Assembly: GCA_021735655.1 (NCBI GenBank)
Contig: JAIPGM010000005.1
Span: 45,461 to 109,460 of the forward strand
Direction: 5' to 3'
Source: Candidatus Omnitrophota bacterium
Lineage (GTDB): Bacteria > Omnitrophota > Gorgyraeia > Duberdicusellales > 4484-171
Length of the DNA stretch: 64,000 nt
Under the pieces are notes generated by a model, which saw only the letters and a program-made list of their open reading frames with translations, was not told the origin of the DNA and searched no databases. The position numbers and the translations under genes were made by a program. Positions 19,506 through 30,461 of this stretch are shown piece after piece. Each line of letters opens with the position of its first letter. Position 1 is the stretch's first letter.

Positions 19506-21359
19506 TCAAGAGTAAACTACTTTTCTTAGTTGATAACTGACGGCTTTATCTTTTTTAACGCTTTTAATAAGCTGATCAAGCTGAGCAGTAGCACAGCACA
19601 CCACCCGGTCTCCGCCGCCATAATAAACAAAAAGTTCATCGCCCAAAACTACGGCCCCGCAAGGATAAACTACTCCCGGTTTTCCTTCATTCTCGTAATG
19701 CTCATCGGGCTCAAGTATCGGGTTAGAAGTACGAAAAAGAACCTTTGAGGGATCTTTTAAATCCAAAATCATGGCTCCAATCTTATAGCGAGTATCGTCC
19801 CGATCATCAACAGCATGGTAGATAACTAACCAACCCTGGCTGGTCTTAATCGGGGTTGCTCCTACGCTAAGCTTTCGACTATCCCACATGCCCGGTCGAG
19901 TAGTGATTTTACCCTTAGTCTCAAGCCAACTACCATCGTCAAACTTAAGATCATCACGGTAGTCAATCAGAATATGTGGAAAGATTCTGTGAAAAATAAC
20001 ATACTTGCCTTTAACTTTTTCTGGCAGAATACAACCACTTTTATCAACAACTCCCGGAGGCGAAATTAATTTCGGTTTTTCCCAATTCCATTGCTGGTTA
20101 AGAAAATCTTCCCGCTCAATCGTACTTAAAGCAATCCGTGGATGAGAATAACCGTTGTAAGCAACGTAGGTAAGGTAAACCTTATTATCGATAGCGGTAA
20201 GCTTGGGGTCTTCGCAACCACCCCAACCGCAACCGGACTTATAAAGATCAATACGTTGAGCCGGTTTCGTATGAACTCCTTCGAAATCTTCACGCGGAAC
20301 ATAAGAGAGGTCTATTGAATCTGGTTCAATGCTAAAACCGTCTTTGCTTGCAGCATAACCAAAAGAAGATAAACCGCCCTTACTGACTGCCCGATAAAGA
20401 ATATGAACTTTTCCGTCATCATACAAAGCTGCTGGATTAAAAGTAGCCTCAGCTTCCCAATCATTTGCCGTGTTAGGAACAATGATCGGATTATTATGAA
20501 ACCGCTTTAGATTAGCAAAAACTTTTTTGGCCCGAACCGAAGGAAAAGGTTGATGAATCGTAAGTATGCTAATCTCACCGGTTTTTGAAACAAAATAAAC
20601 TAAAATTTCTTCTTTATGAAAAACTGCTCCCAAAGGATTTAATTCCTGACTTCCAATATCCCGTAAATCATCCCAAAGCGGAACTTCTGAGCGCCAAATT
20701 AAATTATTCGGATCAGAAAGAGAAAATAAAGCTCCTCCGATCTGCAAAGTTTGGCGACCGTTTTGTTTATAAGATGAATCATAAATTACCAACAGCCCAC
20801 TAGGAGTCAGAGCTGCTGCCAAAACACTTAACGGAGCTTGATCAAAACAGCTACTCCTTGGAGCAAGACAAGCGACATCAGAAATTTTCCATTTTTTTAA
20901 ATCCGAAGAAAACGCAGTCTTGATTGACCCTTGGCCAAAATAAATACCATACTTACCATTAAGCTTGTAATTAGAAACTAAAACGCCCCTCTCCTGAACT
21001 TTTGATATTTTACCGCTGATCTTAAAACGCTTTAAATCCTTGGAAGTTGCACCAATCAAGCAATCCGTGGTTTTACCTTTCTGAAGGAAAGTCATAAAAT
21101 AACCTTTGTCCGATAGCGAAACTGCCAAGTACTGGTAAGATTCTATTTTTGCCTTTTGACCAAAGGCGGCAGCTATCTCAACCTTAGTTTTCGCCTGTGT
21201 AAAACGCCGACCGGTTTTTCCCTTAGCAAGATAAAGTTCGGGTTTACCGAGATCAGTTGATTTAAACAAAAGCCCCACCGAATCTTTATCAAACATTACC
21301 CCAACTGGAAAAATTGATTTTTGACCCTGGTTTTTTTTGGTTATTTTCTTCTTAATCAT
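19506..21359 (-). CDS. Second tandem GH130-like protein (paralog; N-terminal copy degenerate)
   Basis: C-terminal half has FNPAALYDDGKVHILYRAVS, GCEDPKL, YVAYNG and AMILDLKDP. N-terminal half retains only GALFSLSDPNNLIW-like remnants. Confidence 0.65.
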   Translation of the reverse strand: MIKKKITKKNQGQKSIFPVGVMFDKDSVGLLFKSTDLGKPELYLAKGKTGRRFTQAKTKVEIAAAFGQKAKIESYQYLAVSLSDKGYFMTFLQKGKTTDCLIGATSKDLKRFKISGKISKVQERGVLVSNYKLNGKYGIYFGQGSIKTAFSSDLKKWKISDVACLAPRSSCFDQAPLSVLAAALTPSGLLVIYDSSYKQNGRQTLQIGGALFSLSDPNNLIWRSEVPLWDDLRDIGSQELNPLGAVFHKEEILVYFVSKTGEISILTIHQPFPSVRAKKVFANLKRFHNNPIIVPNTANDWEAEATFNPAALYDDGKVHILYRAVSKGGLSSFGYAASKDGFSIEPDSIDLSYVPREDFEGVHTKPAQRIDLYKSGCGWGGCEDPKLTAIDNKVYLTYVAYNGYSHPRIALSTIEREDFLNQQWNWEKPKLISPPGVVDKSGCILPEKVKGKYVIFHRIFPHILIDYRDDLKFDDGSWLETKGKITTRPGMWDSRKLSVGATPIKTSQGWLVIYHAVDDRDDTRYKIGAMILDLKDPSKVLFRTSNPILEPDEHYENEGKPGVVYPCGAVVLGDELFVYYGGGDRVVCCATAQLDQLIKSVKKDKAVSYQLRKVVYS

Positions 21360-21380
21360 TGGATACCTCTTTTTAATAAA

Positions 21381-21764
21381 CTAGCCAGTCCGGTTATACT
21401 TATCCTCCAACCTCACGATATCGTTTTCGTCAAAATCGCCAAAAGAAATCTCTAAAACTTTTATTGATAAATTATCTGCCTGAATTCGATGATTTTGACC
21501 CCGAGCGATGAAGAATTCATCGCCCTCCCGGGCATTAAAAACATTATCTCCAACAACAATCGTAGCCTCTCCGGAAATAACTTTCCAAAATTCCGAACGT
21601 TGACGATGATATTGAAGGCTTAAGGCTTGATGAGGATTAACCGTAAGAATTTTAACTGTGCTGGATTGATCATGGGTAAACTGTTCAAATTCCCCCCACG
21701 GTTTGGTTTCGGTATGCTTTTTTTCTATGCCCTTCGACATACATACACCCCTGCAAGCAGGCAC
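21381..21764 (-). CDS. Cupin-domain protein (mannose-6-phosphate isomerase type II-like cupin)
   Basis: Motifs WGEFEQF..SLQYHRQRSEFWKVISGEA are typical of the ManC/PMI C-terminal cupin. Adjacent to the GH130 genes. Confidence 0.65.
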   Translation of the reverse strand: MPACRGVCMSKGIEKKHTETKPWGEFEQFTHDQSSTVKILTVNPHQALSLQYHRQRSEFWKVISGEATIVVGDNVFNAREGDEFFIARGQNHRIQADNLSIKVLEISFGDFDENDIVRLEDKYNRTG

Positions 21765-22076
21765 AATAATCCTGCCGACACAACTTTAGTTGCATAACTG
21801 CTAACTAATTTTACTTTTTTAACTTGAGACGGGTTGGTAAACTTAACTGTTTTACTGAAGCAGTATTATACTCAAAACGCCACCCTTGTCAACTAAAATA
21901 ATTGTAAAAAATTCTCTAATTTGGTTCCTTTTTCCAAATCTAATCCGGATTATTTTTTCTACTTTCCAAACATTTCAACGGGGTAAATTGTCGGCATTTC
22001 GAAATAAAAAACTTCCTTTACAGTAAAATGTTTACCAAAAAAATATTTTGATCTGATGATTTATAAATCTTAATGA

Positions 22077-23414
22077 TTAGAGTTTTCTTAAAACAATTCT
22101 GGCGGTATTAATCGATAAAACTCCGGCCGCCAAGTTAGCTATACATAAACCGACGAATAATCCGGCTAATCCGGCCAAGTAACCGCCAACCAAAGCTAAA
22201 GGAATATACAAAACAAGCATTCGAATCAAATTAATTACGATAGCCACCAAAGGTTTATTAATGGCGTTAAAGGTCGAAGTTACCAAAAAAGAAGTCCCCC
22301 TTAAACCATAGCTTATCGGAATAATCCACAGGTACCATCTAATATATTTAGCAACCTCTAAATCTTTACCGAAAAGATTTCCTAAGGGTGCGGCCAAAGC
22401 CAATAAGAATAAAAAACAACCTAAGCCCCATAAAAGAGAAAAATTATTGGCCTTTTTTAAAGCTAGCTTTACTCGACTGAAATTATTTGCCCCCCAATTT
22501 TGGCCGATAAAAGGAATTAAAGCAGTTGCCAAGGCCATTACAACCATAAAAGCAAACATCTCGATCTTTAAGGTAACACCAAGAGCAGCAACTGCGCTTG
22601 GTCCAAAACCAGCGACTAAACGCATAATTACTGCCATAGACAAAGGCATAATCACACGGGATACTGCCGAAGGAACGCCGATATAAAAAAAATCTTTTGC
22701 CGAATTAACCAGCCCTTTAAGTGGTGGCAAAGTAAAATCAATTATTTTCTCTTTAAAACGCAAAATTAGTAACGAAAAAACCATCGCAAAGGCCCGGGCA
22801 ATAACTGTAGCAATAGCTGCTCCCTTCAACTCCCAACGAGGGAATCCTCCCAAGCCAAAAATCATTAAAGGATCCAAAATAATATTAATCACCGTTGAAA
22901 TGATCATGATTAAACTAGGGAAAAAGGTATCACCGCAGGCTCTGATAGCATTATTCCCCACCATCGGAATAACCACAAAAGCCGCACCCAAATACCAAAC
23001 ATACATATATTGTTTAACCAAAACTAAAATTCTCCCTTTGGCCCCTAATAAACCAAACAACCAATTCATCGAGAATAAACCTAAAACAGAAAAAATAACA
23101 ACAATGAAAAGTGAAATAAGCAGGCTATCGGTAGTGAGCCGCTTTACCCGATGTAAATCCCCTCTACCGATAGCCCGAGAAACTATCGAAGAAGTTGCCA
23201 CACCAAAACCTAAAGACAAACTTAAAATAAGCATAACTACCGGGAAGGTAAATCCCATTGCTGCCAGCTCTTCGGTACCCAACCGGGAAACAAAAAAGCT
23301 ATCAACCAGATTAAATAACACCATCGAAAGCATACCAAAAACCATTGGGATGGTAAGTGAGGTTAGCTTTTTAACTACTGAGCCTTGAGTAAGATGATTT
23401 TTTTGATTAGCCAT
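22077..23414 (-). CDS. MATE family efflux transporter
   Basis: 445 aa with about 12 TM helices. The MATE N-terminal pattern (LTQGSVVKKL..PMVFGML) is repeated in both halves. Confidence 0.85.
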   Translation of the reverse strand: MANQKNHLTQGSVVKKLTSLTIPMVFGMLSMVLFNLVDSFFVSRLGTEELAAMGFTFPVVMLILSLSLGFGVATSSIVSRAIGRGDLHRVKRLTTDSLLISLFIVVIFSVLGLFSMNWLFGLLGAKGRILVLVKQYMYVWYLGAAFVVIPMVGNNAIRACGDTFFPSLIMIISTVINIILDPLMIFGLGGFPRWELKGAAIATVIARAFAMVFSLLILRFKEKIIDFTLPPLKGLVNSAKDFFYIGVPSAVSRVIMPLSMAVIMRLVAGFGPSAVAALGVTLKIEMFAFMVVMALATALIPFIGQNWGANNFSRVKLALKKANNFSLLWGLGCFLFLLALAAPLGNLFGKDLEVAKYIRWYLWIIPISYGLRGTSFLVTSTFNAINKPLVAIVINLIRMLVLYIPLALVGGYLAGLAGLFVGLCIANLAAGVLSINTARIVLRKL

Positions 23415-23546
23415 AATAGGGCCTATTATATCACAGCCAGTCTCTTTTAAAAAAACCCTGACAAAAAGTCAGGGCCTAATTAATAAGAAAAATACTGACT
23501 CAAAATTTAGATGACCTTCAAAGAAGGTAAAAATACATATAGCTCC

Positions 23547-24395
23547 TTAATTAAAAATCAACCGACTGATCTTTTTCCAATGCCTCGAAACATAATTAGT
23601 TGTATAAGTACTGCCAGTATTGGTCCATAAGTATTTATTATTAAACATATACTGGGGGTGATAATCTGTAGCTAGGGCTGCTAAGGGATAAGCTTTTAAG
23701 TTTTTTATCTTGGCCTTTTCAGTGGCCTCAAGAAGAAATACTCCATCGCTATGAAAAATAACCACCCAGGCGTGCATCGCTGTCCCATACCTTCCTAAAA
23801 CCACTCTGGCATCCAGACCCATCTCAATAAGCCAATCAGCTAAGAACAAAGAGTGGTCTTCGCAATCACCAATCCCGGTTTCAAAAACTTCTTTTGAAGT
23901 CAGCCAAAGGTCGGATAATCCTGTAAATTGGGTCTGATCAGACTGATACTTTAATCTCATCGTAGTAATATAATGAGGAACCCAATAATCTTCAACCTCA
24001 AAAGGTTTCCAACCGATAATAAAGCTATTTACAAAGTGATGCCGATGGTCACTACCTAAGGCAGATAATGCAGCTATGTCTTTATTTTCTCCCAATAACC
24101 AGCTACGAGGTAATGAAACATCTGACAAAGACATACCCGAGAAGTATCTTTGGATACTTTCCTCATCAAGGCGAGTATTAGTATTATCAATTAATTCAAC
24201 GTAAGAAGTCTTTAGGAAAGGCTTACTAACATCAAAAAGGGAATTCTCCAATGCCTTATTTATTTTATTAGAGTAAAATTCAGATTCCTCCTTAACCTTA
24301 ACAACATAAGGCTCCGGACTAAAAAACCTCATTAGCAAAGAGCTAGTAACCAAAAATAGTATTGCAACGATAAATGGCTTCGCCGAAGATTTCAC
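23547..24395 (-). CDS. Membrane-anchored transglutaminase-like cysteine protease domain protein
   Basis: N-terminal TM anchor. C-terminal Cys-His-Asp core (GIGDCEDHSLFLADWL ... AMHAWVVIF ... DGVFLLEAT). Confidence 0.6.
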   Translation of the reverse strand: MKSSAKPFIVAILFLVTSSLLMRFFSPEPYVVKVKEESEFYSNKINKALENSLFDVSKPFLKTSYVELIDNTNTRLDEESIQRYFSGMSLSDVSLPRSWLLGENKDIAALSALGSDHRHHFVNSFIIGWKPFEVEDYWVPHYITTMRLKYQSDQTQFTGLSDLWLTSKEVFETGIGDCEDHSLFLADWLIEMGLDARVVLGRYGTAMHAWVVIFHSDGVFLLEATEKAKIKNLKAYPLAALATDYHPQYMFNNKYLWTNTGSTYTTNYVSRHWKKISRLIFN

Positions 24396-24396
24396 T

Positions 24397-24627
24397 TTAA
24401 ATCTTTAAGCCAAACGAAATAATTAACGCTACAAAAATAAGGGCTGTAGAAGCAAATATAGCTACTGAGATATTGTTTTTCTTAAGCTCTTCTTGAATCT
24501 CAAGCTTAGTTAAAAGATACTTATCTATTATCTTTAAAGCAACAATGCCGATAGTAAAGGCAACCAAGGTATTAAATATACTTACTCCTAAATTAAAAAA
24601 TACTGCCCTCAAAAAACTAAAATTCAT
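24397..24627 (-). CDS. Small two-TM membrane protein, hypothetical
   Basis: 76 aa with two hydrophobic helices. Start/stop abuts the downstream transglutaminase-like gene. Confidence 0.35.
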   Translation of the reverse strand: MNFSFLRAVFFNLGVSIFNTLVAFTIGIVALKIIDKYLLTKLEIQEELKKNNISVAIFASTALIFVALIISFGLKI

Positions 24628-24791
24628 ATCCTACCTCCCTTTTGTAACGACTTATCCCTGTTCAAAAATCGCAAAAACAAGTAAACATAAAAACTAGCTA
24701 TCCGATTTAGGTCTATTCAAACTACATTATACCAATAATTATCCTTCACTCAATGGTTAGAATTTCCAAAATTTATTACAAAGATATAAAA

Positions 24792-25805
24792 TTAGTTAAC
24801 CACGATTCCTTTCTCTCCTAATAATTCTTTAGCCGAGTCCCTATAACAAGTGTCATCATTAGCGCCCATTGCGACTGCTTTCTTGTAAGTTGCCTCAGCT
24901 AAATATAATTTGCCCATTCTTGTATAGGTCCAAGATAATTCATAAAGAGTTGTCGACCTCGGATAAAGTTTTAACGAATATAAATAATCTTTTTCTGCTT
25001 TTTCGTATTCTCCATCTCGATAGTGAAAACCGGCATTAATTTCCCATGCTCTCCAGGAATTAGGATACAAAAATAACGCTTTCTTTATGATTTTCTTCCC
25101 TTCCTCAGGATGAACCTGCAATTGTTCGCAAAAACGCGCAACGATAAGCATCGGTTCGAGTTCATTATCTGCCACCTCTACGGATCTTGCATAAGCTTGG
25201 AAAGCTTCTTCATTGTTATTGTTATAACGATGAATTAAAGCGATATTATGATAAGGCATCCAATTTGTGGGATTATGCAATATCTCTAACTCAAACTCCT
25301 TTTGTGCGACTTGGTAGTTTTTATCAATTTCCATATAGACGCTGCCGATACTATTATGAACATTCAATAAGCGGGTATTAATTTTTTCAGCTTGCAAATA
25401 ATAATCTAAGGCTTTTGACAAATCTTTTTCTGCTAAGAATGTATCACCTATCAAATTCAGTACCTCGGCGTCTCTCTTGTCAATTTCCAACATTTTTAAA
25501 GCACTACTCCTTGCCATACTATAATCATTTTCAGCCATAAAAAGATCATAGGCTTTAATTAGAAACTTTTTATCATAGCTTTTAGTTGCAGTTTTGGTTT
25601 CTAAGTCATAAATCAGTGGTTGCACCCAATCTTTATTGCTGGAAAAATCCGGTAAAGGCACATAATAAGGTTTAAGGAGTATCGGCTTAAGAATAATATC
25701 ATTACAAGACTTAAAGGAAAGGCCAATCGGACTGATGCCGATTTGAGCAAAAGAATTAATACTAATAAAAGTAAAAATGAGCAACAAATTAAAAAATTTC
25801 CGCAC
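24792..25805 (-). CDS. Secreted tetratricopeptide (TPR) repeat protein
   Basis: Signal peptide. Several approximately 34-aa repeats with the TPR pattern (..AL..Y..A..). 337 aa. Confidence 0.6.
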   Translation of the reverse strand: MRKFFNLLLIFTFISINSFAQIGISPIGLSFKSCNDIILKPILLKPYYVPLPDFSSNKDWVQPLIYDLETKTATKSYDKKFLIKAYDLFMAENDYSMARSSALKMLEIDKRDAEVLNLIGDTFLAEKDLSKALDYYLQAEKINTRLLNVHNSIGSVYMEIDKNYQVAQKEFELEILHNPTNWMPYHNIALIHRYNNNNEEAFQAYARSVEVADNELEPMLIVARFCEQLQVHPEEGKKIIKKALFLYPNSWRAWEINAGFHYRDGEYEKAEKDYLYSLKLYPRSTTLYELSWTYTRMGKLYLAEATYKKAVAMGANDDTCYRDSAKELLGEKGIVVN

Positions 25806-25999
25806 AGCTTCTTCTCCTTTTATAGTCTCACTTTATCAAAAAATCCATTAGTGTCAATATTTCGAAAAAATCTGATCAAAAATAGCAGACCAACAGGTTT
25901 GTAAATAAAGACGAGCTTCCCGGCGAGGACTGATTTTGCAACTTTTTGATATTTAATACTATCAAATACTGGATATAATTTTTGCACCAATCGGGTAAG

Positions 26000-26830
26000 T
26001 TATTCAAACTTAATCTCATCTAAATAGAATACAATTCCATCTGGGTTAGCATCTGGAGTTGCTATCCAGCAAAATCCACCAATTATATATGACATATCTT
26101 TATCTTTTAAATCAATTGTATATTGTGTCCATTCCTTATTCAAAACTAAGGGACCGGTACTAACTCTATCTGAATCGGAAAACTCATTCATGATGCCACC
26201 AACCTTAAATTCCTCAATATTCTCTCCTCCCTTTGCGCCTCTGGCCCAAAAGGTAAGTTTAGCGGCTTTTGACAGGTTATATCCAGCATCAACAGTGCCC
26301 CAGTTGTTCGCTGGAGCTTGCCAATATATACCTGCCCAACGTGCGTATTGAAAACCACAAGCGCAATAATTAATTTCAATACAAGTCTCCCCTGAATAAG
26401 GGTTTTCTTTACTGAGGTAAGAATATTTTATATCACCATAATCTCCCATCAATCCATAAGGAAAAAAATGGTTCTTGGCTGAGCCTCTGTCTGAATAAAC
26501 ATAAAAAGGCATGTCTTGGGCCTTGCCCACTGTTCCTGCCTCCATGGGACCGGTATAAGGAGGCGGCACAATAGGAGTTTTAGTATATAATCCCTCGGGA
26601 CACAAGAAGTGTGCTTCAGTGGTTTTAACCCCGTCAATAGTTTCAATTTCATCAAAATAGTAAGTTATCGGTACACCTTCTATATCTACGACGATACTTT
26701 TGTCGGTTTTTCTCAGGTATTTTCCTTCTACTGATTTTCCTGATTTAAGGACTAGAACTTCAGAAAAAGCTGGGATTGCTAACGATAAACAGATCAATAA
26801 AGCTAGAGTTACTATGTATTTTTTATCCAT
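26000..26830 (-). CDS. Secreted hypothetical protein
   Basis: Signal peptide MDKKYIVTLALLICLSLAIPAFS. Composition is aromatic/Gly-rich. No recognised motif. Confidence 0.45.
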   Translation of the reverse strand: MDKKYIVTLALLICLSLAIPAFSEVLVLKSGKSVEGKYLRKTDKSIVVDIEGVPITYYFDEIETIDGVKTTEAHFLCPEGLYTKTPIVPPPYTGPMEAGTVGKAQDMPFYVYSDRGSAKNHFFPYGLMGDYGDIKYSYLSKENPYSGETCIEINYCACGFQYARWAGIYWQAPANNWGTVDAGYNLSKAAKLTFWARGAKGGENIEEFKVGGIMNEFSDSDRVSTGPLVLNKEWTQYTIDLKDKDMSYIIGGFCWIATPDANPDGIVFYLDEIKFE

Positions 26831-27036
26831 AAATGTTTATTTTGACACGAATTATAAAGCCCTCTAAAAATATATTATCACAAAAGGCCAGAAAGACAAG
26901 GCTCACCCAATTGGACGAGTTTCACACTTTTTTAGCCTCGGAAAAAATATAAAAGGACCAAAAAGGATACTTTCTGATGTTTAGAGGTAATCAATAAAAA
27001 ATCAAGGAGCATTAGAAAGATGGTCTACCCTCTTTT

Positions 27037-28302
27037 TTACTGATCAGAAAAACTATGAACATTTTCATCGATAATAATATCACTTAAACTGAGCGGTTTA
27101 TCCAAGGTTATTCCTTCTAAGCTCCGACAACGGCTTAAGGCAACATAAAGTTGTCCCGGGCTAAATGCACCATGGCCTATATCGATAATTACTTTTTCAA
27201 AAGTTTGACCCTGACTTTTATGAATTGTAATCGCCCAGGCTAGTTTTAGGGGATATTGTCTAAATGATCCGTCTATTTCCTGTTTGATGCCTTGAGTAGA
27301 ATCATCGAATATGTACCGTATTTTTTCCCAGGTAAATTTTTCTAAAACATACACTCTACCTTCAATACTAACTCTAACCAAATCACCTGTAAGTTCTGCG
27401 ATTTCGGCAAGAGTACCATTAACCCATCTTTTTTCTTTATCATTATTTAGCAATATTACCCGAGCCCCTTTTTTAAGGAACAATACCTCTTCAGTAGGAT
27501 AGAGATTTGATTTATAATTTTCAGATACCTCGGCGGTGTATTGATATTGTTTTGAGTCAATTTCATCAAGAAAACTTTTGTTTATTTTTTCAGCATTTTT
27601 GTTAGTTGTAGTTAAAGTAATAGCTCCATTTTTAATATTGCCAGCATTTACTCTTTTATTTAAGCTATCAATATCCTTGAGGCTACACTTATTTAAACGT
27701 ATTCTACCAAGAAGATCGACAAACTTCTTATCAGTTTGTCGATATATCCGGTCAAGCTGAATGCGATGTAATTCTATCTGGTTAATCACATTTGCATTAA
27801 AAAAATAAGAGTGGCTATAATATTGCTTAATCAAGGGCTCCAGGTTCCTCTCAACTACCGGCGGAAGTTGGAAAACATCTCCAAACATAATTATTCTTAT
27901 TCCGCCAAAGGGAATATCTTTTTTTCGGTTTATTCTTAAAGAATGGTCTATTGCATCAAACATGTCAGCTCTGACCATTGAGGCCTCGTCGATTAGGAGA
28001 ATGTCGAGGTTTTCGATTATTTTCTTTTTAGCACGGTATAATCTCTTAACCTGTTCTTTTTGAATAAACCCCAATGGAAAACTAAAAAAAGAATGAATGG
28101 TTTGCCCTTCGACATTTATTGCTGCGATTCCGGTAGGCGCCAAGGTAATAACATTTTTTTTAGTAATCTCCTTAAAGTAACGTAACAAAGTGGATTTTCC
28201 AGAACCGGCTTTCCCGGTAATGAATAGATGTTTGTCGGAATCCTCCATCAATTCTAATGGCTCTTTAAACTCTCCACAAAAATCAAACTTATCACTATTC
28301 AT
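27037..28302 (-). CDS. PIF1/RecD-family SF1B DNA helicase (small, ~420 aa)
   Basis: Walker A ITGKAGSGKST. Walker B LLIDEASMV. SF1 motif V ITIHKSQGQTF. C-terminal LYVALSRCRS. Confidence 0.75.
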   Translation of the reverse strand: MNSDKFDFCGEFKEPLELMEDSDKHLFITGKAGSGKSTLLRYFKEITKKNVITLAPTGIAAINVEGQTIHSFFSFPLGFIQKEQVKRLYRAKKKIIENLDILLIDEASMVRADMFDAIDHSLRINRKKDIPFGGIRIIMFGDVFQLPPVVERNLEPLIKQYYSHSYFFNANVINQIELHRIQLDRIYRQTDKKFVDLLGRIRLNKCSLKDIDSLNKRVNAGNIKNGAITLTTTNKNAEKINKSFLDEIDSKQYQYTAEVSENYKSNLYPTEEVLFLKKGARVILLNNDKEKRWVNGTLAEIAELTGDLVRVSIEGRVYVLEKFTWEKIRYIFDDSTQGIKQEIDGSFRQYPLKLAWAITIHKSQGQTFEKVIIDIGHGAFSPGQLYVALSRCRSLEGITLDKPLSLSDIIIDENVHSFSDQ

Positions 28303-28336
28303 TTTATTCTACTAACAATGGCTAATTCCGGGTTAA

Positions 28337-28993
28337 TCAAACAAGATAAGCTTCTACCTTAGCAAGAAGCTTATTTATATCGTTGGCAATATCTTCCGGA
28401 AGAACAGAAAGAGTCTCAATTTCACGCCTAACCCTTTTTAAATCAGAAATAAATCTCATAATCGCTACCCTACCAGAGCGGGTTCTTTCTTTTTCAGGAT
28501 CTATATCCTCCCTTCTTTGTCTTATCATTTGGGTAAGATCTTTTTTAACCTCACCAAGATGTTTTCCTTTATCTAATAAATCAGATTTTACTTTTCGGTA
28601 ATCATCGTCGCTTAAAGTTTTACGTGCCCGCTGTAAAGCATTAACTACATCGAAACTAGGCGTTACCTTATTCGGTTCATCTTCAGCACGAGAATCTTTT
28701 AAATACAATGGCTCTTCTTTTTCAAGGAACGCATATGAACGAATGAGCTTCATTGCGGTGTGTTTACGAACATGCACTTCTTTTTCAGTAAATTGGTCGA
28801 ATTTCTCATATCCCCAATTACGGTATAACTTTTCTTCCCAAACAATATGTAAAACTTTTGCAAGACTTTTCCATGAATTTTTGAAATCCCGAGTTGCCCT
28901 TACTACTTGGGCTCTCACCTCATCAGCATCGATATCTTTACTTGGTAGATCAATTATCTGATTACTTTCTAGCTGATACACCTCTGGCTCCAT
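28337..28993 (-). CDS. Hypothetical protein upstream of the PIF1-like helicase
   Basis: 218-aa ORF with charged helical composition. No recognised motif. Confidence 0.4.
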   Translation of the reverse strand: MEPEVYQLESNQIIDLPSKDIDADEVRAQVVRATRDFKNSWKSLAKVLHIVWEEKLYRNWGYEKFDQFTEKEVHVRKHTAMKLIRSYAFLEKEEPLYLKDSRAEDEPNKVTPSFDVVNALQRARKTLSDDDYRKVKSDLLDKGKHLGEVKKDLTQMIRQRREDIDPEKERTRSGRVAIMRFISDLKRVRREIETLSVLPEDIANDINKLLAKVEAYLV

Positions 28994-29066
28994 AAGTTAT
29001 TTCCTCCAATTTCCTTCTACCCTGCGTTTTCTTCTTTAAAAAAATACCCCAAGAGATCAATCGCCT

Positions 29067-30308
29067 TTATTTATGTTTTTTCGCTCTTTTGCTTTTGGAT
29101 TTAAATCGCTCTGTTTCTTTTTCAATTATGCTCATCCAATCGCTGTTCTGATTAACCGGATTAACAACTGTCGAATAATCCCCTTTACTAACTTCAATAA
29201 CTCCTATCTCTTTATCTAAAAATGTCTGAATTTCATCAAGCAATTCTAATTCTTCTTTACTGCAAAAAGAAATAGCAACACCCTTATTGATCCCTCTGCC
29301 GGTACGCCCAACCCGATGGACATAATTTTCTGTTTTTATCGGTAGGTCATAATTAATAACATATTTAATATCGACAACATTAATTCCTCGAGCACTAATG
29401 TCGGTAGCGATCAAAATATTGCACTCGCCTGCTTTAAATTTTTTCATTACATCGGTGCGTTTATCCTGTTCTTTATCTCCATGAATAGATAAAGAACTTA
29501 TCCCCACTCTCTCCATTGCTTTGGCTACCCGCTGAGCACGGACTTTTGTCCGAACAAAAACAATAATTTTACTCGCTGGATTATCCTTAATAAAACTCTC
29601 CAAGAAAAACCGCTTATCCTCCATTTCGACAAACATCACATAATGAGTAACGTTCTTTGATACCGGATCTTTAGGTGAAATTTGGATACGTATTGCTGAT
29701 CCCTTAACTTGAGAATAAGCTAATTTCTTAATCTTATCGCTTATGGTTGCTGAAAAGAAAAGAGTTTGATGGCGGCGCTTTAGCATTTTCTTAATATATT
29801 TGATATCTTCAATAAACCCTAATTCAAGCATATGATCAGCCTCATCAAGAACTAAAATTTCAATATGATCCAAATTAATATACTTCTGATTAATCAAATC
29901 AAACATTCGCCCGGGAGTTGCAATTAAAATGTCTATACCCTCCTGGAGTTTTTTAATTTGTTGATCCTGCTCAACCCCACCGCATAAAGCAAAAGTTTTG
30001 ACTTTAGTGTGTTTGGACAACTGAATGAAAACTTCTCCGATCTGCAACGCTAGCTCACGAGTAGGCGCCATAATAATACATTTAATTCCTCTTGACCTCT
30101 TACTCCTTTTATCAGAATGAATCCTATTGATAATCGGAATAGCAAAGGCCGCTGTCTTACCAGTACCAGTTTGAGCAACAGCCAAAACGTCTTCTCCTTT
30201 AAGAATTGAAGGTATCGCCTTAAACTGAATATCTGTAGGCCGAACAAAGCCTAATCGAGCTAAGTTTCTTTTGATATCACTAGAAATATAATACTTTTCA
30301 AATTTCAT
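29067..30308 (-). CDS. DEAD-box ATP-dependent RNA helicase (second copy, compact)
   Basis: Q-motif, AQTGTGKT, DEAD (VLDEADHM), SAT, HRVGRTGRG. 413 aa. Confidence 0.9.
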   Translation of the reverse strand: MKFEKYYISSDIKRNLARLGFVRPTDIQFKAIPSILKGEDVLAVAQTGTGKTAAFAIPIINRIHSDKRSKRSRGIKCIIMAPTRELALQIGEVFIQLSKHTKVKTFALCGGVEQDQQIKKLQEGIDILIATPGRMFDLINQKYINLDHIEILVLDEADHMLELGFIEDIKYIKKMLKRRHQTLFFSATISDKIKKLAYSQVKGSAIRIQISPKDPVSKNVTHYVMFVEMEDKRFFLESFIKDNPASKIIVFVRTKVRAQRVAKAMERVGISSLSIHGDKEQDKRTDVMKKFKAGECNILIATDISARGINVVDIKYVINYDLPIKTENYVHRVGRTGRGINKGVAISFCSKEELELLDEIQTFLDKEIGVIEVSKGDYSTVVNPVNQNSDWMSIIEKETERFKSKSKRAKKHK

Positions 30309-30461
30309 AATGCCTATCTTACCATAAAAACAAAAATCTGCTATTGTTTAAGAAACGGTAATTTTTAGTAAATTTGACGAAGAAAACATTATTCTTTAAA
30401 AAACCCACCTAAAGAAATCTTTTAGATAGAAATTTCCCAACTCCTACTATATAATATAGTT

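Noticed and set aside
22900-23388. 162-aa ORF antisense within the MATE transporter gene
   Set aside because: It is a shadow ORF. The MATE gene on the opposite strand has a full 12-TM architecture.
30309-30461. Possible small adaptor (MFP) ORF upstream of the RND gene
   Set aside because: There are only 153 nt of AT-rich intergenic DNA with promoter-like features and no ORF.
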